Source: an uncultured Planctomycetia bacterium
GTDB lineage: Bacteria > Omnitrophota > Gorgyraeia > 2-02-FULL-51-18
DNA length: 64,000 nt
Direction: 5' to 3'
Assembly: GCA_964431835.1 (NCBI GenBank)
Contig: CAYSKO010000002.1
Span: 137,632-201,631 of the forward strand
The notes under the pieces are model-generated. The model saw nothing but the letters and a program-made list of their open reading frames with translations. It made no database searches and was not told the origin of the DNA. The position numbers and the translations under genes were made by a program. How positions within the stretch are numbered: the first letter of the stretch is position 1; each line of letters opens with the position of its first letter. Of this stretch, positions 21,108-29,510 are shown piece by piece.

Positions 21108-22145
21108 TTAAAAGTCCCCAGCCTTCAAGCCGTCTCCAAGCGCGATCGCGCGCTTCGCGCGCTTGCCTTCGGCCCGGGAAAGAAAACGCGGATGCATCCC
21201 CTTCGTCCGCGAGCCCGGGCGCAGGACCGCGACGTTGTCGCCTTCGCGCAGCGTGTCGCCGCGGCGGATCGTGCGGATCGCCTGTACGGCGCGCTGGGCG
21301 TACGCGTGAAGCTCTTTCTCTTCGGGCAGAACTTCCTTCTTGCCGGTCCCGAGCGCGGACGACGCCGCGTGCACCGCGTGCACCAAAATCGAGAGCTCCC
21401 GGCACGTGACCGCAAATGCGTGGTCGGGTCCGGGGAGCGAGCGATCAAGCGTGAAATGTTTCTCTATCAGCGTGGCTCCCAGCGCGACGGCCACGGCGGG
21501 CGCCACGAGTGGATCGAGCGAGTGATCGGATAGCCCCACCGGGACGCGGTATCGCGTGAGGAGAGTCGGGATCGCGCTCAGGTTCAGCGCTTCGAACGGC
21601 GCCGGGTACTTCGCCGTGCACTGCATGAGCGACAGGTTCTTTCCGCCGTGGCGGCGGAATTCGGCGACAGCCCAGTCGATGTCGTCGAGCGTGGAGGCGC
21701 CGGTGGAAAGGATCGTCGGTTTGCGCGAGCGGGCGGCCAGGCGAAGCAGAGCGGGATGCGTGATTTCGTAGGAGGCGATCTTGTGGACGCGCACGTACGG
21801 GTCGACGGCGCGGAAATCGGCTTCGGAAAAAGGCGTCGTCATGAACGCGATGCGGCGCTTGCGGCAGCGTGCGGCGAGTTTCGGCACCATCTCGTAAGGC
21901 ATTTCGAGGTTTTTGAACAGTTCCGTTATGGGCTTCGAGATGCCGCTCTTGGAAAGGTAGCCACTGACGCCGGCGTTCGAAACGTACACGGTGTCAGCAC
22001 GGTAGGTTTGAAATTTGACCGCGTCGGCACCCGCTTCCGCTGCGGCGTCCACCAGCGCGAAGGCCCTCTTCAGATCGCGGACCGCGGATCCAGCCCGCCA
22101 GTTCGAACCGGCCTCAGCGATGACGAACACCGATGGACGCTTCAA
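21108..22145 (-). CDS. N-acetylneuraminate/pseudaminate synthase family (NeuB/PseI) with C-terminal SAF domain
   Basis: VFVIAEAGSNW...AGADAVKFQTY...KIASYEI...STGASTLDDI...; C-terminal SAF/antifreeze-like domain. TTG start overlaps the HTH-gene stop (TTGA). Confidence 0.85.
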   Translation of the reverse strand: MKRPSVFVIAEAGSNWRAGSAVRDLKRAFALVDAAAEAGADAVKFQTYRADTVYVSNAGVSGYLSKSGISKPITELFKNLEMPYEMVPKLAARCRKRRIAFMTTPFSEADFRAVDPYVRVHKIASYEITHPALLRLAARSRKPTILSTGASTLDDIDWAVAEFRRHGGKNLSLMQCTAKYPAPFEALNLSAIPTLLTRYRVPVGLSDHSLDPLVAPAVAVALGATLIEKHFTLDRSLPGPDHAFAVTCRELSILVHAVHAASSALGTGKKEVLPEEKELHAYAQRAVQAIRTIRRGDTLREGDNVAVLRPGSRTKGMHPRFLSRAEGKRAKRAIALGDGLKAGDF

Positions 22146-22390
22146 GGTTCGCTTTTCTCATCGTCGGAGTGGGCCCAGTTGCGGGCCTTATTGTAGGCTT
22201 TGCCGAGCTTGTCTTCGAGCTCGGGCGAGAGGATGCGGAGAAGCTCTTTTCCCATGATCCGGTACTGTTTGCCGACCTTCGCTGTGCGGATCAAGCCGGT
22301 CTTGATCATGCGGGTGACCGTGCTGGGGCTCACCTTAAGGAGCTGACGCACTTCTTCGGGCGTGTAGACCTCATTTTCCTTTATTTCCAT
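22142..22390 (-). CDS. Small helix-turn-helix DNA-binding protein (excisionase/MerR-like HTH); first gene after a strong promoter
   Basis: MEIKENEVYTPEEVRQLLKVSPSTVTRMIKTGLIRTAKVGKQYRI (HTH). GGAGA Shine-Dalgarno 5 nt upstream of ATG. Confidence 0.6.
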   Translation of the reverse strand: MEIKENEVYTPEEVRQLLKVSPSTVTRMIKTGLIRTAKVGKQYRIMGKELLRILSPELEDKLGKAYNKARNWAHSDDEKSEP

Positions 22391-22440
22391 GGCATCTCCT
22401 AATATCAAATAATATCATAAGATGTCACAAGTAGTCAAAT
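22391..22440 (-). promoter_or_regulatory. Canonical sigma-70-like promoter in the only AT-rich stretch of the region
   Basis: Minus-sense TTGACT-(18 nt)-TATTAT-ttgatattaGGAGAtgcc-ATG. Local GC drops to about 30%. Confidence 0.6.
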
Positions 22441-23934
22441 TTATACCCTCGGGGCCTCAGATAGGGCCACCAAGAGCCTGCCGTCGGTCTCATCGACCAC
22501 CGAATACCGGGAACGAAGGTAGGATTCGAGGCCGGGAGCGTCGTCGAGTACCTTCGCGGAGGCGATGACGTAATAATCGGCTCCCTGCGCGCGCAAAAGT
22601 TCCATCTCCACGATCAGGGATTCTGCGGCGTGCGGCCGCACGTAAAAAGCCCACCCTTTCCGGTTGCAGTAGTAGAGCTGGATAGTTCCGGTGTCGTAGC
22701 TCGCGACGACGAGGCTGTCGGGCGGCGTGAGCCGCTGAACGGCTTCGCCCGTGGCGACGATGCGGCGCTGGGGCTCGGGAATGAAATAAATGCCCCGATA
22801 GAAATACCCAGCGTTCGCCGCCGAAAGGACTCCGAGAAGCGCGAGCGACGCCCAAAGTGTTTTTCGCGGCACGCGCTCCCCCAGAAGGACCCAACCCTTC
22901 CCCATCAGGAACGCGAGCGGCGGCGCGAGCGGGATCTGATAATACGAGTGGTCGATCAGTATCCGCCAAAAGAAAATGACGTACACGACCGACGCGGCGA
23001 GCCAGGCGTAGAACACCTTGTTCTTTTCGGGCGCTTTCGAGAAAAGGCCGGCGGCGGCAAGGACAACACCGAGCGGCGTCAAGAGATGGAAGACAAAATA
23101 CTTGGCGACGGGTCGCAGGAACGACGGAGCGAAGAGCGCCCAGTAGCTCACCCCTTCCGGCCCGCGGTTCTTCACGAAATCGTACGGCCGGTAGATCAGG
23201 CGCGGATCGTCGACGCCGGCCTTCCACATGAAGTAATACCAAACGAGCGGCGCGAGCGCGGCCGCCAGATATGCCCAATGCGCGTGGTCCCGCAGGAAAG
23301 AGGCTCCCCGGTAACGCCACGCCAGATACAGCGCCGGCAGGAAGAGGTACAGCGAGTGCACTTTCGTCGCGACCGCGAACGCCATGAGGAGCGCCGAGAG
23401 CGCCAGGAACCTCGCCTTCCCGGTCTCGTAGTGCAGATACAGGAAATACAGGGTGCCCGTCGACGCGAACATCATCGCAGCTTCAGGCTGGAGCGCGCGC
23501 GAGACCGCGAGATAGAGAGGCGAAAAGGCGAGGAACACGAGCGCGGGCAACGCGTGCCGGGCATCGTACAAGCGCCGAAGGAAAAGGTAGACGAAAGCGA
23601 GCGAGCCCATCGAAAAAAGGACGGACACCAGGCGGGACGCCCACTCGCGCGCACCCCCGGCCATGAGATACATGAGCGCCATCAGGTACGAATAGACCGG
23701 CATTTCGGCGTTGTAGAGATACGGGCCGGGGCCGTTCTCGTCGATCTCAGGATAAAAGAAGTTGAAGCCGTGCTGGTAGAAGTTGCGCGCGACCGTGGCC
23801 ACGATCGCCTGGCGGGAAAGGCTGTTGTACGGCTCTACGATCGGGAGGTCAAGCTGATAAACGCGGAAGAAGAACGCGCCCGCGAAGACGAGGGCCGCGG
23901 CCTTTTCGAACGGCTTAAGCGCGGACCAGCGCAT
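22441..23934 (-). CDS. GT-C membrane glycosyltransferase, ArnT/PMT_2-like (GT39/GT83-type)
   Basis: About 11 TM helices plus a periplasmic C-terminal domain. Order and partner genes match ArnT context (next gene is ArnC-like). Confidence 0.7.
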   Translation of the reverse strand: MRWSALKPFEKAAALVFAGAFFFRVYQLDLPIVEPYNSLSRQAIVATVARNFYQHGFNFFYPEIDENGPGPYLYNAEMPVYSYLMALMYLMAGGAREWASRLVSVLFSMGSLAFVYLFLRRLYDARHALPALVFLAFSPLYLAVSRALQPEAAMMFASTGTLYFLYLHYETGKARFLALSALLMAFAVATKVHSLYLFLPALYLAWRYRGASFLRDHAHWAYLAAALAPLVWYYFMWKAGVDDPRLIYRPYDFVKNRGPEGVSYWALFAPSFLRPVAKYFVFHLLTPLGVVLAAAGLFSKAPEKNKVFYAWLAASVVYVIFFWRILIDHSYYQIPLAPPLAFLMGKGWVLLGERVPRKTLWASLALLGVLSAANAGYFYRGIYFIPEPQRRIVATGEAVQRLTPPDSLVVASYDTGTIQLYYCNRKGWAFYVRPHAAESLIVEMELLRAQGADYYVIASAKVLDDAPGLESYLRSRYSVVDETDGRLLVALSEAPRV

Positions 23935-24649
23935 TGCGCCCGATCACCCGAAGGTAGCCCAGGATCGTCCGCCCGACCTTCATTTTGCTCTTTCCCACGC
24001 GCTGGTCGCCGCGCAGGATCATCGGAACCTCTTCGATCCTCATGCCGAGGCGCGCCATGCGCACGAGAAGCTCGAGCACGCACGCGAACCCTTTTTCCTC
24101 GTAAAAGTCGCCGTACTTCTCGAGAACACGGCGGAGCGTCTGGGGCTTGTACGCGCGGTAGAACGAGCTGTACGTGCGGATGCCCTTTATGCGGAACGCG
24201 AAGTTGATGAGGAAATTCGCGACGCGGCTGAGCAGACGGCGAAACCAGGTGGTTCCGCGCACCCCGCCGCCTTCGGCATAGCAGGACGCGAGGGTGACGT
24301 CACAGCCCACCCCGATCTTCCCCAGCATCGTCGGTAGGATCGAGAGATCGCTCGTGCCGTCCGCTTCCATCGTAACGATCATGTCGGAAGGCGCGGCGGC
24401 CGCGAGCGCGGCGTTCATTCCCCGGCGGAACGCCTCGCCGACGCCACGGTTGGGCTTGTAGGAGATCGGTTCCAAAGGATAAGACGCGGCCATGCCCGCG
24501 AGGACGGACGCCGTGGCGTCCGAGCTGCCGTCATCCACGACGATGAGCCGGTACGGGAGGCCTTCTTTCTTCGCGAACGCATCGGTCCGCTCGACGAGCC
24601 CGCGCACGTTCGCCTCCTCGTTGTAGGCGGGAACGACGAAAAGGATCAT
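23915..24649 (-). CDS. Polyprenyl-phosphate sugar synthase, GT2 (DPM1/ArnC-like)
   Basis: MILFVVPAYNEEANV...LIVVDDGSSD...EADGT (DxD/ED). ATG overlaps the upstream stop (ATGA). Confidence 0.8.
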   Translation of the reverse strand: MILFVVPAYNEEANVRGLVERTDAFAKKEGLPYRLIVVDDGSSDATASVLAGMAASYPLEPISYKPNRGVGEAFRRGMNAALAAAAPSDMIVTMEADGTSDLSILPTMLGKIGVGCDVTLASCYAEGGGVRGTTWFRRLLSRVANFLINFAFRIKGIRTYSSFYRAYKPQTLRRVLEKYGDFYEEKGFACVLELLVRMARLGMRIEEVPMILRGDQRVGKSKMKVGRTILGYLRVIGRNALVRA

Positions 24650-25617
24650 GCGCGGCGGGCGGCGATCACGCGGCGAAGCGCCTCTTCGAACGGCACGAGC
24701 GGCTCGTAACCGAGAAGCGTCTTTGCCTTCGAGAGGTCCGGAACGCGCCGCGCGATTTCGCGGTAGGAGCCGAAAACCTGCTTCATCGGGACGCGTTCCA
24801 CTTTGAGTCTCCCTTTCACGCCGAGTAGGCGGTGAATCATCTTCGCGCAATCGAGGACGCTCACTTCCTCGTCGTTGCCGACGTTCACGATCTCTCCGAC
24901 CGCCGTCGGGTTCTCGAGCGCGAGCAGGGTTCCACGCACGACATCGGAAACGTGCGCCATCGAGCGCGTCTGCGAGCCGTCGCCGTGGACCGTCACGGGC
25001 TTCCCCGCTGCAATCGACTCGATGAAGATCGGCACGTGCCCGCCGCTCCAGGTCGAGCTCGATCGCTCGCTGAAGCAGCCGAAATAGCGGAGCACCACAA
25101 CCGGAACGCCGTAATCCTTGTAATAGCTGAGCGCCAGATGCTCGGAGAAGAGCTTCGAGACCGCATACGCCCAGCGTTTGGCGTCCGGCGAGCCGCTCAC
25201 GCATTCGCCGTCCTCACGGAACGGAAGGGCCGTCGAGCCGCCGTAGACGTCCGACGTCGAACCGACGACGACCTTCGTCTTGCGGGCGCGCGCGGCCTCG
25301 AGCACCGATCGTGTTCCTTCCGCGTTCACGGTAAGGGTCGGGAGCGCCGGATCCTTCTCGGCGATCTTCTTGACCGCGGCCAAGTGCACGACGGCGTCGG
25401 CGCCTTTAACGGCTCGCGTGAGCTTCGCGGTGTCCAAAATGTCGAAACGCCGGAGCTCGAAACGCGGGTTCTTCGCGTGCTGCCGCACGTTCGCGGTCTT
25501 TCCGAACGAAAGGTCGTCTACTCCGATCACGCGGTGACCCATCGACAGAAGCTCGTCCGCCAGGTGCGAGCCGATGAGCCCGCAGACGCCCGTCACGACC
25601 ACGGTTTTCTTTTTCAA
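24646..25617 (-). CDS. NAD-dependent epimerase/dehydratase (SDR; UDP-glucuronate decarboxylase/ArnA-C-terminal-like)
   Basis: (L)KKKTVVVTGVCGLIGSHLADEL...YAVSKLFSE (YxxxK). TTG start with GGAGGG Shine-Dalgarno, overlapping the upstream stop (TTGA). Confidence 0.8.
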   Translation of the reverse strand: MKKKTVVVTGVCGLIGSHLADELLSMGHRVIGVDDLSFGKTANVRQHAKNPRFELRRFDILDTAKLTRAVKGADAVVHLAAVKKIAEKDPALPTLTVNAEGTRSVLEAARARKTKVVVGSTSDVYGGSTALPFREDGECVSGSPDAKRWAYAVSKLFSEHLALSYYKDYGVPVVVLRYFGCFSERSSSTWSGGHVPIFIESIAAGKPVTVHGDGSQTRSMAHVSDVVRGTLLALENPTAVGEIVNVGNDEEVSVLDCAKMIHRLLGVKGRLKVERVPMKQVFGSYREIARRVPDLSKAKTLLGYEPLVPFEEALRRVIAARRA

Positions 25618-26708
25618 GACTTCCCTCCTCGGTCCAGGAAACGCACGATTTCCTTCAATATTTGCTCCGACGCGTCGCCGCGCCCGTAAAGCTTGCCGGT
25701 CCGCCGGCCGCGTTTCGAAAGCTTCCGGAACGCCGCGACGATCTTCTTCGCGTCGGGTTCGCAAAGCGTGTTTCCGCCCGCGGCCAGCGTTTCGGTCCAC
25801 TCGGTCTCCTCGCGCAACGTCACGCACGGCACGCCTAACAGGAACGCTTCCTTCTGAACGCCGCCCGAATCGGTGACGATCCCGGCCGCGCTCTTCTCGG
25901 CCGCGAGCATTTTGAGATAAGGGAGTGGCTCGACGATCTCGATCCGGCCCGTTTTCAATACCTCGAGACGGAGGCCGTGAATCGCGTCGAGCTTCTTCGC
26001 CGTACGCGGGTGAAGCGGCATAAAAACTTTCCTGTCGAGCGAGGCGAGCGCGCGGAAGATGCGTTTCAGGCGCGCCGGGTCGTCGGTGTTCACGTTCCGG
26101 TGGATCGTCGCCAGGTAATACGGCTCGGACGCGCGCCGCGCGGCGATTGAGTGCTCGTAGTGGCGGAGGATGTCGGCCATCACGTCGCCGACGCGGTGCA
26201 CGCCCTTCCGGACGCCTTCCCGCTCAAGATGGCCGACGGCCGCTTCGGTTGGGCAAAAAAGGAGCGACGAGAGGCCGTCCGTCGCGATTCGGTTTACCTC
26301 TTCGGGCATCGCACGGTTTCCGCTTCGCAGGCCCGCCTCCACGTGCGCGACAGGTACGTTCAGCTTCGCGGCCGCAAGAGCACCGGCCAGCGTGGAATTG
26401 GTGTCTCCGAAGACGATAACCACGTCCGGCTTCTCTTTTATGAATACGTCTTCGAGGCGCTCGAGCATGAGCGCGGTCTGCGCGCCGTGCGAGCCCGAAC
26501 CAACCTTCAGGTTATAGCGCGGTTCGGGGATATTGAGCTCGTCGAAGAACACTTTCGACATCTTGTAGTCGTAGTGCTGGCCGGTATGGGCCCAAACGAG
26601 AGAAAGGCGCTTCGAAAGCGTCGAACGCGACCAGGCCGCGTGCAGCGCGGCGGCCTTCACGAACTGCGGGCGCGCGCCGACGACGGCGACCGCCTTGAAT
26701 TTCTTCAC
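25614..26708 (-). CDS. UDP-N-acetylglucosamine 2-epimerase (WecB family), paralog 2
   Basis: (V)KKFKAVAVVGARPQFVKAAAL...HTGQHYDYKMS...DTNSTLAGALAAAKL...HVEAGLRS. GTG overlaps the upstream stop (GTGA). Confidence 0.8.
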   Translation of the reverse strand: MKKFKAVAVVGARPQFVKAAALHAAWSRSTLSKRLSLVWAHTGQHYDYKMSKVFFDELNIPEPRYNLKVGSGSHGAQTALMLERLEDVFIKEKPDVVIVFGDTNSTLAGALAAAKLNVPVAHVEAGLRSGNRAMPEEVNRIATDGLSSLLFCPTEAAVGHLEREGVRKGVHRVGDVMADILRHYEHSIAARRASEPYYLATIHRNVNTDDPARLKRIFRALASLDRKVFMPLHPRTAKKLDAIHGLRLEVLKTGRIEIVEPLPYLKMLAAEKSAAGIVTDSGGVQKEAFLLGVPCVTLREETEWTETLAAGGNTLCEPDAKKIVAAFRKLSKRGRRTGKLYGRGDASEQILKEIVRFLDRGGKS

Positions 26709-27715
26709 AGGCGGACGGTGCGGCCGTCTGCCTTCAGGGATTTCGAGGCGGCCTGCAGGATCCGGAGGACGGCCAGTCCGTTCTCGCCGTCCGAATGCGG
26801 CTTCATGTTTTTCTCGACGCACTCCAGGAAATGCAGGCATTCGGCGCGCAGCGGCTCGACGTTCTCGACGTACGGCGCGTGCACTTCGCCCACGCGTAGG
26901 ACCATTGAGCTCGCCATCTCGTTCGCGCCGTTCAAGTCCACGCCCTTGTCGAAGATCTTCAGCTTGTCGGTGTGCTCCATGTCGTCGAAGACGACCATCT
27001 TGCGGCTTCCGACGACGGTCATGCGGCGCACCTTGTGCGGATCGAGCCAGCTTAAGTGGATGTGGGCGGCCTTGTCGTCCTTGAACTTGAAATCCATGAA
27101 GATGACGTCCTCGATCCCCCGGGCTTTCTGGATGTAGCTGAACCCGTGCGCGCTGACCGAGACGGGCGGTTTGGGGAAAAGTTCGAGGATCACGGAGATG
27201 TCGTGCGGCGCGAGACTCCAGAGCGCGTTCTCGTCCTTGCGCACCTGGCCGAGATTGAGGCGCTGGGTGTACATGTAGTACGTCTCGCCGAGTTCGCCCG
27301 AATGGAGGATTTCCTTCAGCTTCCGGACGGCCGGATGATAAAGGAGGAGGTGTCCAACCATGAGGCGTAGGCGCTTTTTCTTCGCGAGGCGGCACAGGTC
27401 CTCGGCGTGGCGAACGTCGAGCGCGATGGGCTTCTCGACGAACACGTGCTTCCCCGCTTCGAGTGCCTTCTTGGCGAACTCGTAATGGGACGGCGACGGG
27501 ACGGCGACGGCGACCGCGTCGATAGAAGAATCGTTCAGGATTTCGTCGTAGGAAGACGTGACGCGCACGTCGGGATAGAGCGAGGAGAATGAGGAAAGGA
27601 GTTCGGGACGGCGGTCGCACAGGCCTTTGAGCGCGCCCAACTCGCGAAAATGCCGGACTAGGTTTTTACCCCAATATCCGGCGCCGCAGACCGCGACCGA
27701 GGCTCTTTTTGACAT
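26705..27715 (-). CDS. Gfo/Idh/MocA family oxidoreductase
   Basis: MSKRASVAVCGAGYWGKNLVRHF...VEKPIA. ATG lies 6 nt downstream of a TATAGT -10 box. Confidence 0.8.
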   Translation of the reverse strand: MSKRASVAVCGAGYWGKNLVRHFRELGALKGLCDRRPELLSSFSSLYPDVRVTSSYDEILNDSSIDAVAVAVPSPSHYEFAKKALEAGKHVFVEKPIALDVRHAEDLCRLAKKKRLRLMVGHLLLYHPAVRKLKEILHSGELGETYYMYTQRLNLGQVRKDENALWSLAPHDISVILELFPKPPVSVSAHGFSYIQKARGIEDVIFMDFKFKDDKAAHIHLSWLDPHKVRRMTVVGSRKMVVFDDMEHTDKLKIFDKGVDLNGANEMASSMVLRVGEVHAPYVENVEPLRAECLHFLECVEKNMKPHSDGENGLAVLRILQAASKSLKADGRTVRL

Positions 27716-27757
27716 TTTAGGACTATAGCATCCGCGTCCGGAGCGGTCAATAAACCT
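27716..27757 (-). promoter_or_regulatory. Extended -10 promoter (TGCTATAGT) 6 nt upstream of the ATG; leaderless-type start of a sub-operon
   Basis: Minus-sense GGATGCTATAGTCCTAAA-ATG. Same GGATGCTATAGT motif recurs at about 30897-30910. Confidence 0.5.
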
Positions 27758-28693
27758 CTATCCCCCGGAGGCGTCCCGGCGCCAAACTTCGGCGCATTCG
27801 CCCATCGTGCGGATCTCGCGGCCGCTCGAAACGATAACCTCGAGAGCGCGCTCGAAATGCTCGCGCTTCTTGGCGAGCGGAATGCCGGCCCGCTCGAGAT
27901 GAATCTTGCGGGAGGGGTCGAGGTCGGCGGCGTCGGCCAGGTCCAGTGGATGAACGAGGTAGTAGAACGCGTCGCAGTCCGCGAGGCAGGACCGCAGGAG
28001 CTTCTCGAACCTTGGCCAGCCGAGAACGAACGAAAGCGTGTGCCAGCAGGCGACGCGGTAGCGGTTCGTCGGGAGCGGCAGGACGAGAATACCCGGCGAG
28101 GCGCCGGACGCGCGCGGGCGGAGGCCGCCGTCGCTCACAAACGGATGCCGCGGGCCCCAAAGTTGGGCGCCCAGGTCCTTCCGGCGGTGGATCCGCGCGA
28201 ATTTGTCGCTGCCCAAATGGTTGTAGAGATTTTTCGCGACGGCCACCGCCATGAGCCACGACGGGGCAAGCGAGGTGTCGTAGCCGTATCCGGCGTCGAT
28301 CAACCTACGCAGAAGCGCCGGCGACGTGGCCCAGCCCGGCGCGATGAAACCGCGCGGCGGCGTTCCGGCCGTTTCGGCGATGAGATCGTGCGCGGCATGC
28401 ACTTCCTTCGCGATCGCGGCGTCCGGAAGGCTCCCGAGATTGAGCGGGTGGGACCACGAATGGTTTCCGATCTCGTGTCCGTCCCCCGCCCACTCGCGCA
28501 CACGCGCGCGGTTCCGGGCCGATTCGAGGTCCCGGCCGATCAGGTACAGGCTGTACTTGAATTTGAAGCGTGCCGCGGCGTCCAAAAAACGGTCCGCGAT
28601 GCGGAAAAAGGACGGATCTTCGTAGCCTGCGGGAAATCCGTAGGCTTCGTTCAGCGAATCGAAGTTCACGTTGATCGCGGCGAGTTTCTTCAC
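27758..28693 (-). CDS. Polysaccharide deacetylase family (CE4/NodB homology; ArnD-like deformylase candidate)
   Basis: NVNFD...IGNHSWSHP (NodB motifs). GTG start 1 nt after the upstream stop. Confidence 0.75.
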   Translation of the reverse strand: MKKLAAINVNFDSLNEAYGFPAGYEDPSFFRIADRFLDAAARFKFKYSLYLIGRDLESARNRARVREWAGDGHEIGNHSWSHPLNLGSLPDAAIAKEVHAAHDLIAETAGTPPRGFIAPGWATSPALLRRLIDAGYGYDTSLAPSWLMAVAVAKNLYNHLGSDKFARIHRRKDLGAQLWGPRHPFVSDGGLRPRASGASPGILVLPLPTNRYRVACWHTLSFVLGWPRFEKLLRSCLADCDAFYYLVHPLDLADAADLDPSRKIHLERAGIPLAKKREHFERALEVIVSSGREIRTMGECAEVWRRDASGG

Positions 28694-28694
28694 G

Positions 28695-29510
28695 TCAGAA
28701 ATGATTTCTCGAAAGGTCTTTCCACTCGGCGACGCGGTAGCCCGCCCTCTCGAACGCGACCACGTCCCCGCGCGACGGAAGCCCGTAATAGCGGGACCCG
28801 GCGGCCGCAGGCGCGGCGCCGGCCGGGGCATCCGCTTTCGCCAGCGTCTCGCGGACCGCGCGGCGCATCGTCTCGGGAAAATTTCGGTAAACGTCCGTGT
28901 AGAACGCGAGCATGGACGAATGCGGGCCGGATTCGCGGCGCTCCTCGAAAAGCACGCGGCCGGTATCGACTCCTTCGTCCACGAGGTGGCAGGTTACGGC
29001 CGGAGGCAACCCGTTCAGGCGCGACCACAGAAACGGAAAGAGCCCGCGGCACTGCGGCAGGACGCCGGCATGCTTGTTCACGACGCCCGCGCGGGCGGCT
29101 TTCAGCACCGGCCCTTTCAAGACGTCGTTGAGGAAAATCAGAACGACGTCGACGCGGTTCTTCATGATCCACTCGGCGACCGCCGGATCGTTCGGATCCG
29201 CCGCGTGCGCGATCGGCACGCCTGCTTTCTCGAACGCGTTCCAGCCTCCGGGCATCGCAAAAAGACCCTTCACCGCGCTCTTCATCGAATAAAGCGAAAA
29301 AAGAAGCGTGTTCTTTACGCCGAACGTGCGGAAATACCAGCCGAGCGCCTCGCTCCCGCGCATGCGGGCGAGCTTCGACGGAAAAATACGGACACCGACG
29401 ACGTCGTACTCCGCCCGCAGCGCCGAAAGTGCGCGATACCAGGCAGGCAGCGCCCAGGTCCGGTCATCGGCCGTCAGGATAGCGATCCGCGGGCGGAGGC
29501 TTTCGGTCAC
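28695..29510 (-). CDS. Stand-alone formyltransferase-domain protein (Formyl_trans_N; ArnA-N-terminal/sugar N-formyltransferase-like)
   Basis: VVNKHAGVLPQCRGLFPFLWS (N-x-H ... SLLP-like) and HLVDEGVDTGRVLF (H...D). GTG overlaps the upstream stop (GTGA). Confidence 0.65.
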   Translation of the reverse strand: MTESLRPRIAILTADDRTWALPAWYRALSALRAEYDVVGVRIFPSKLARMRGSEALGWYFRTFGVKNTLLFSLYSMKSAVKGLFAMPGGWNAFEKAGVPIAHAADPNDPAVAEWIMKNRVDVVLIFLNDVLKGPVLKAARAGVVNKHAGVLPQCRGLFPFLWSRLNGLPPAVTCHLVDEGVDTGRVLFEERRESGPHSSMLAFYTDVYRNFPETMRRAVRETLAKADAPAGAAPAAAGSRYYGLPSRGDVVAFERAGYRVAEWKDLSRNHF

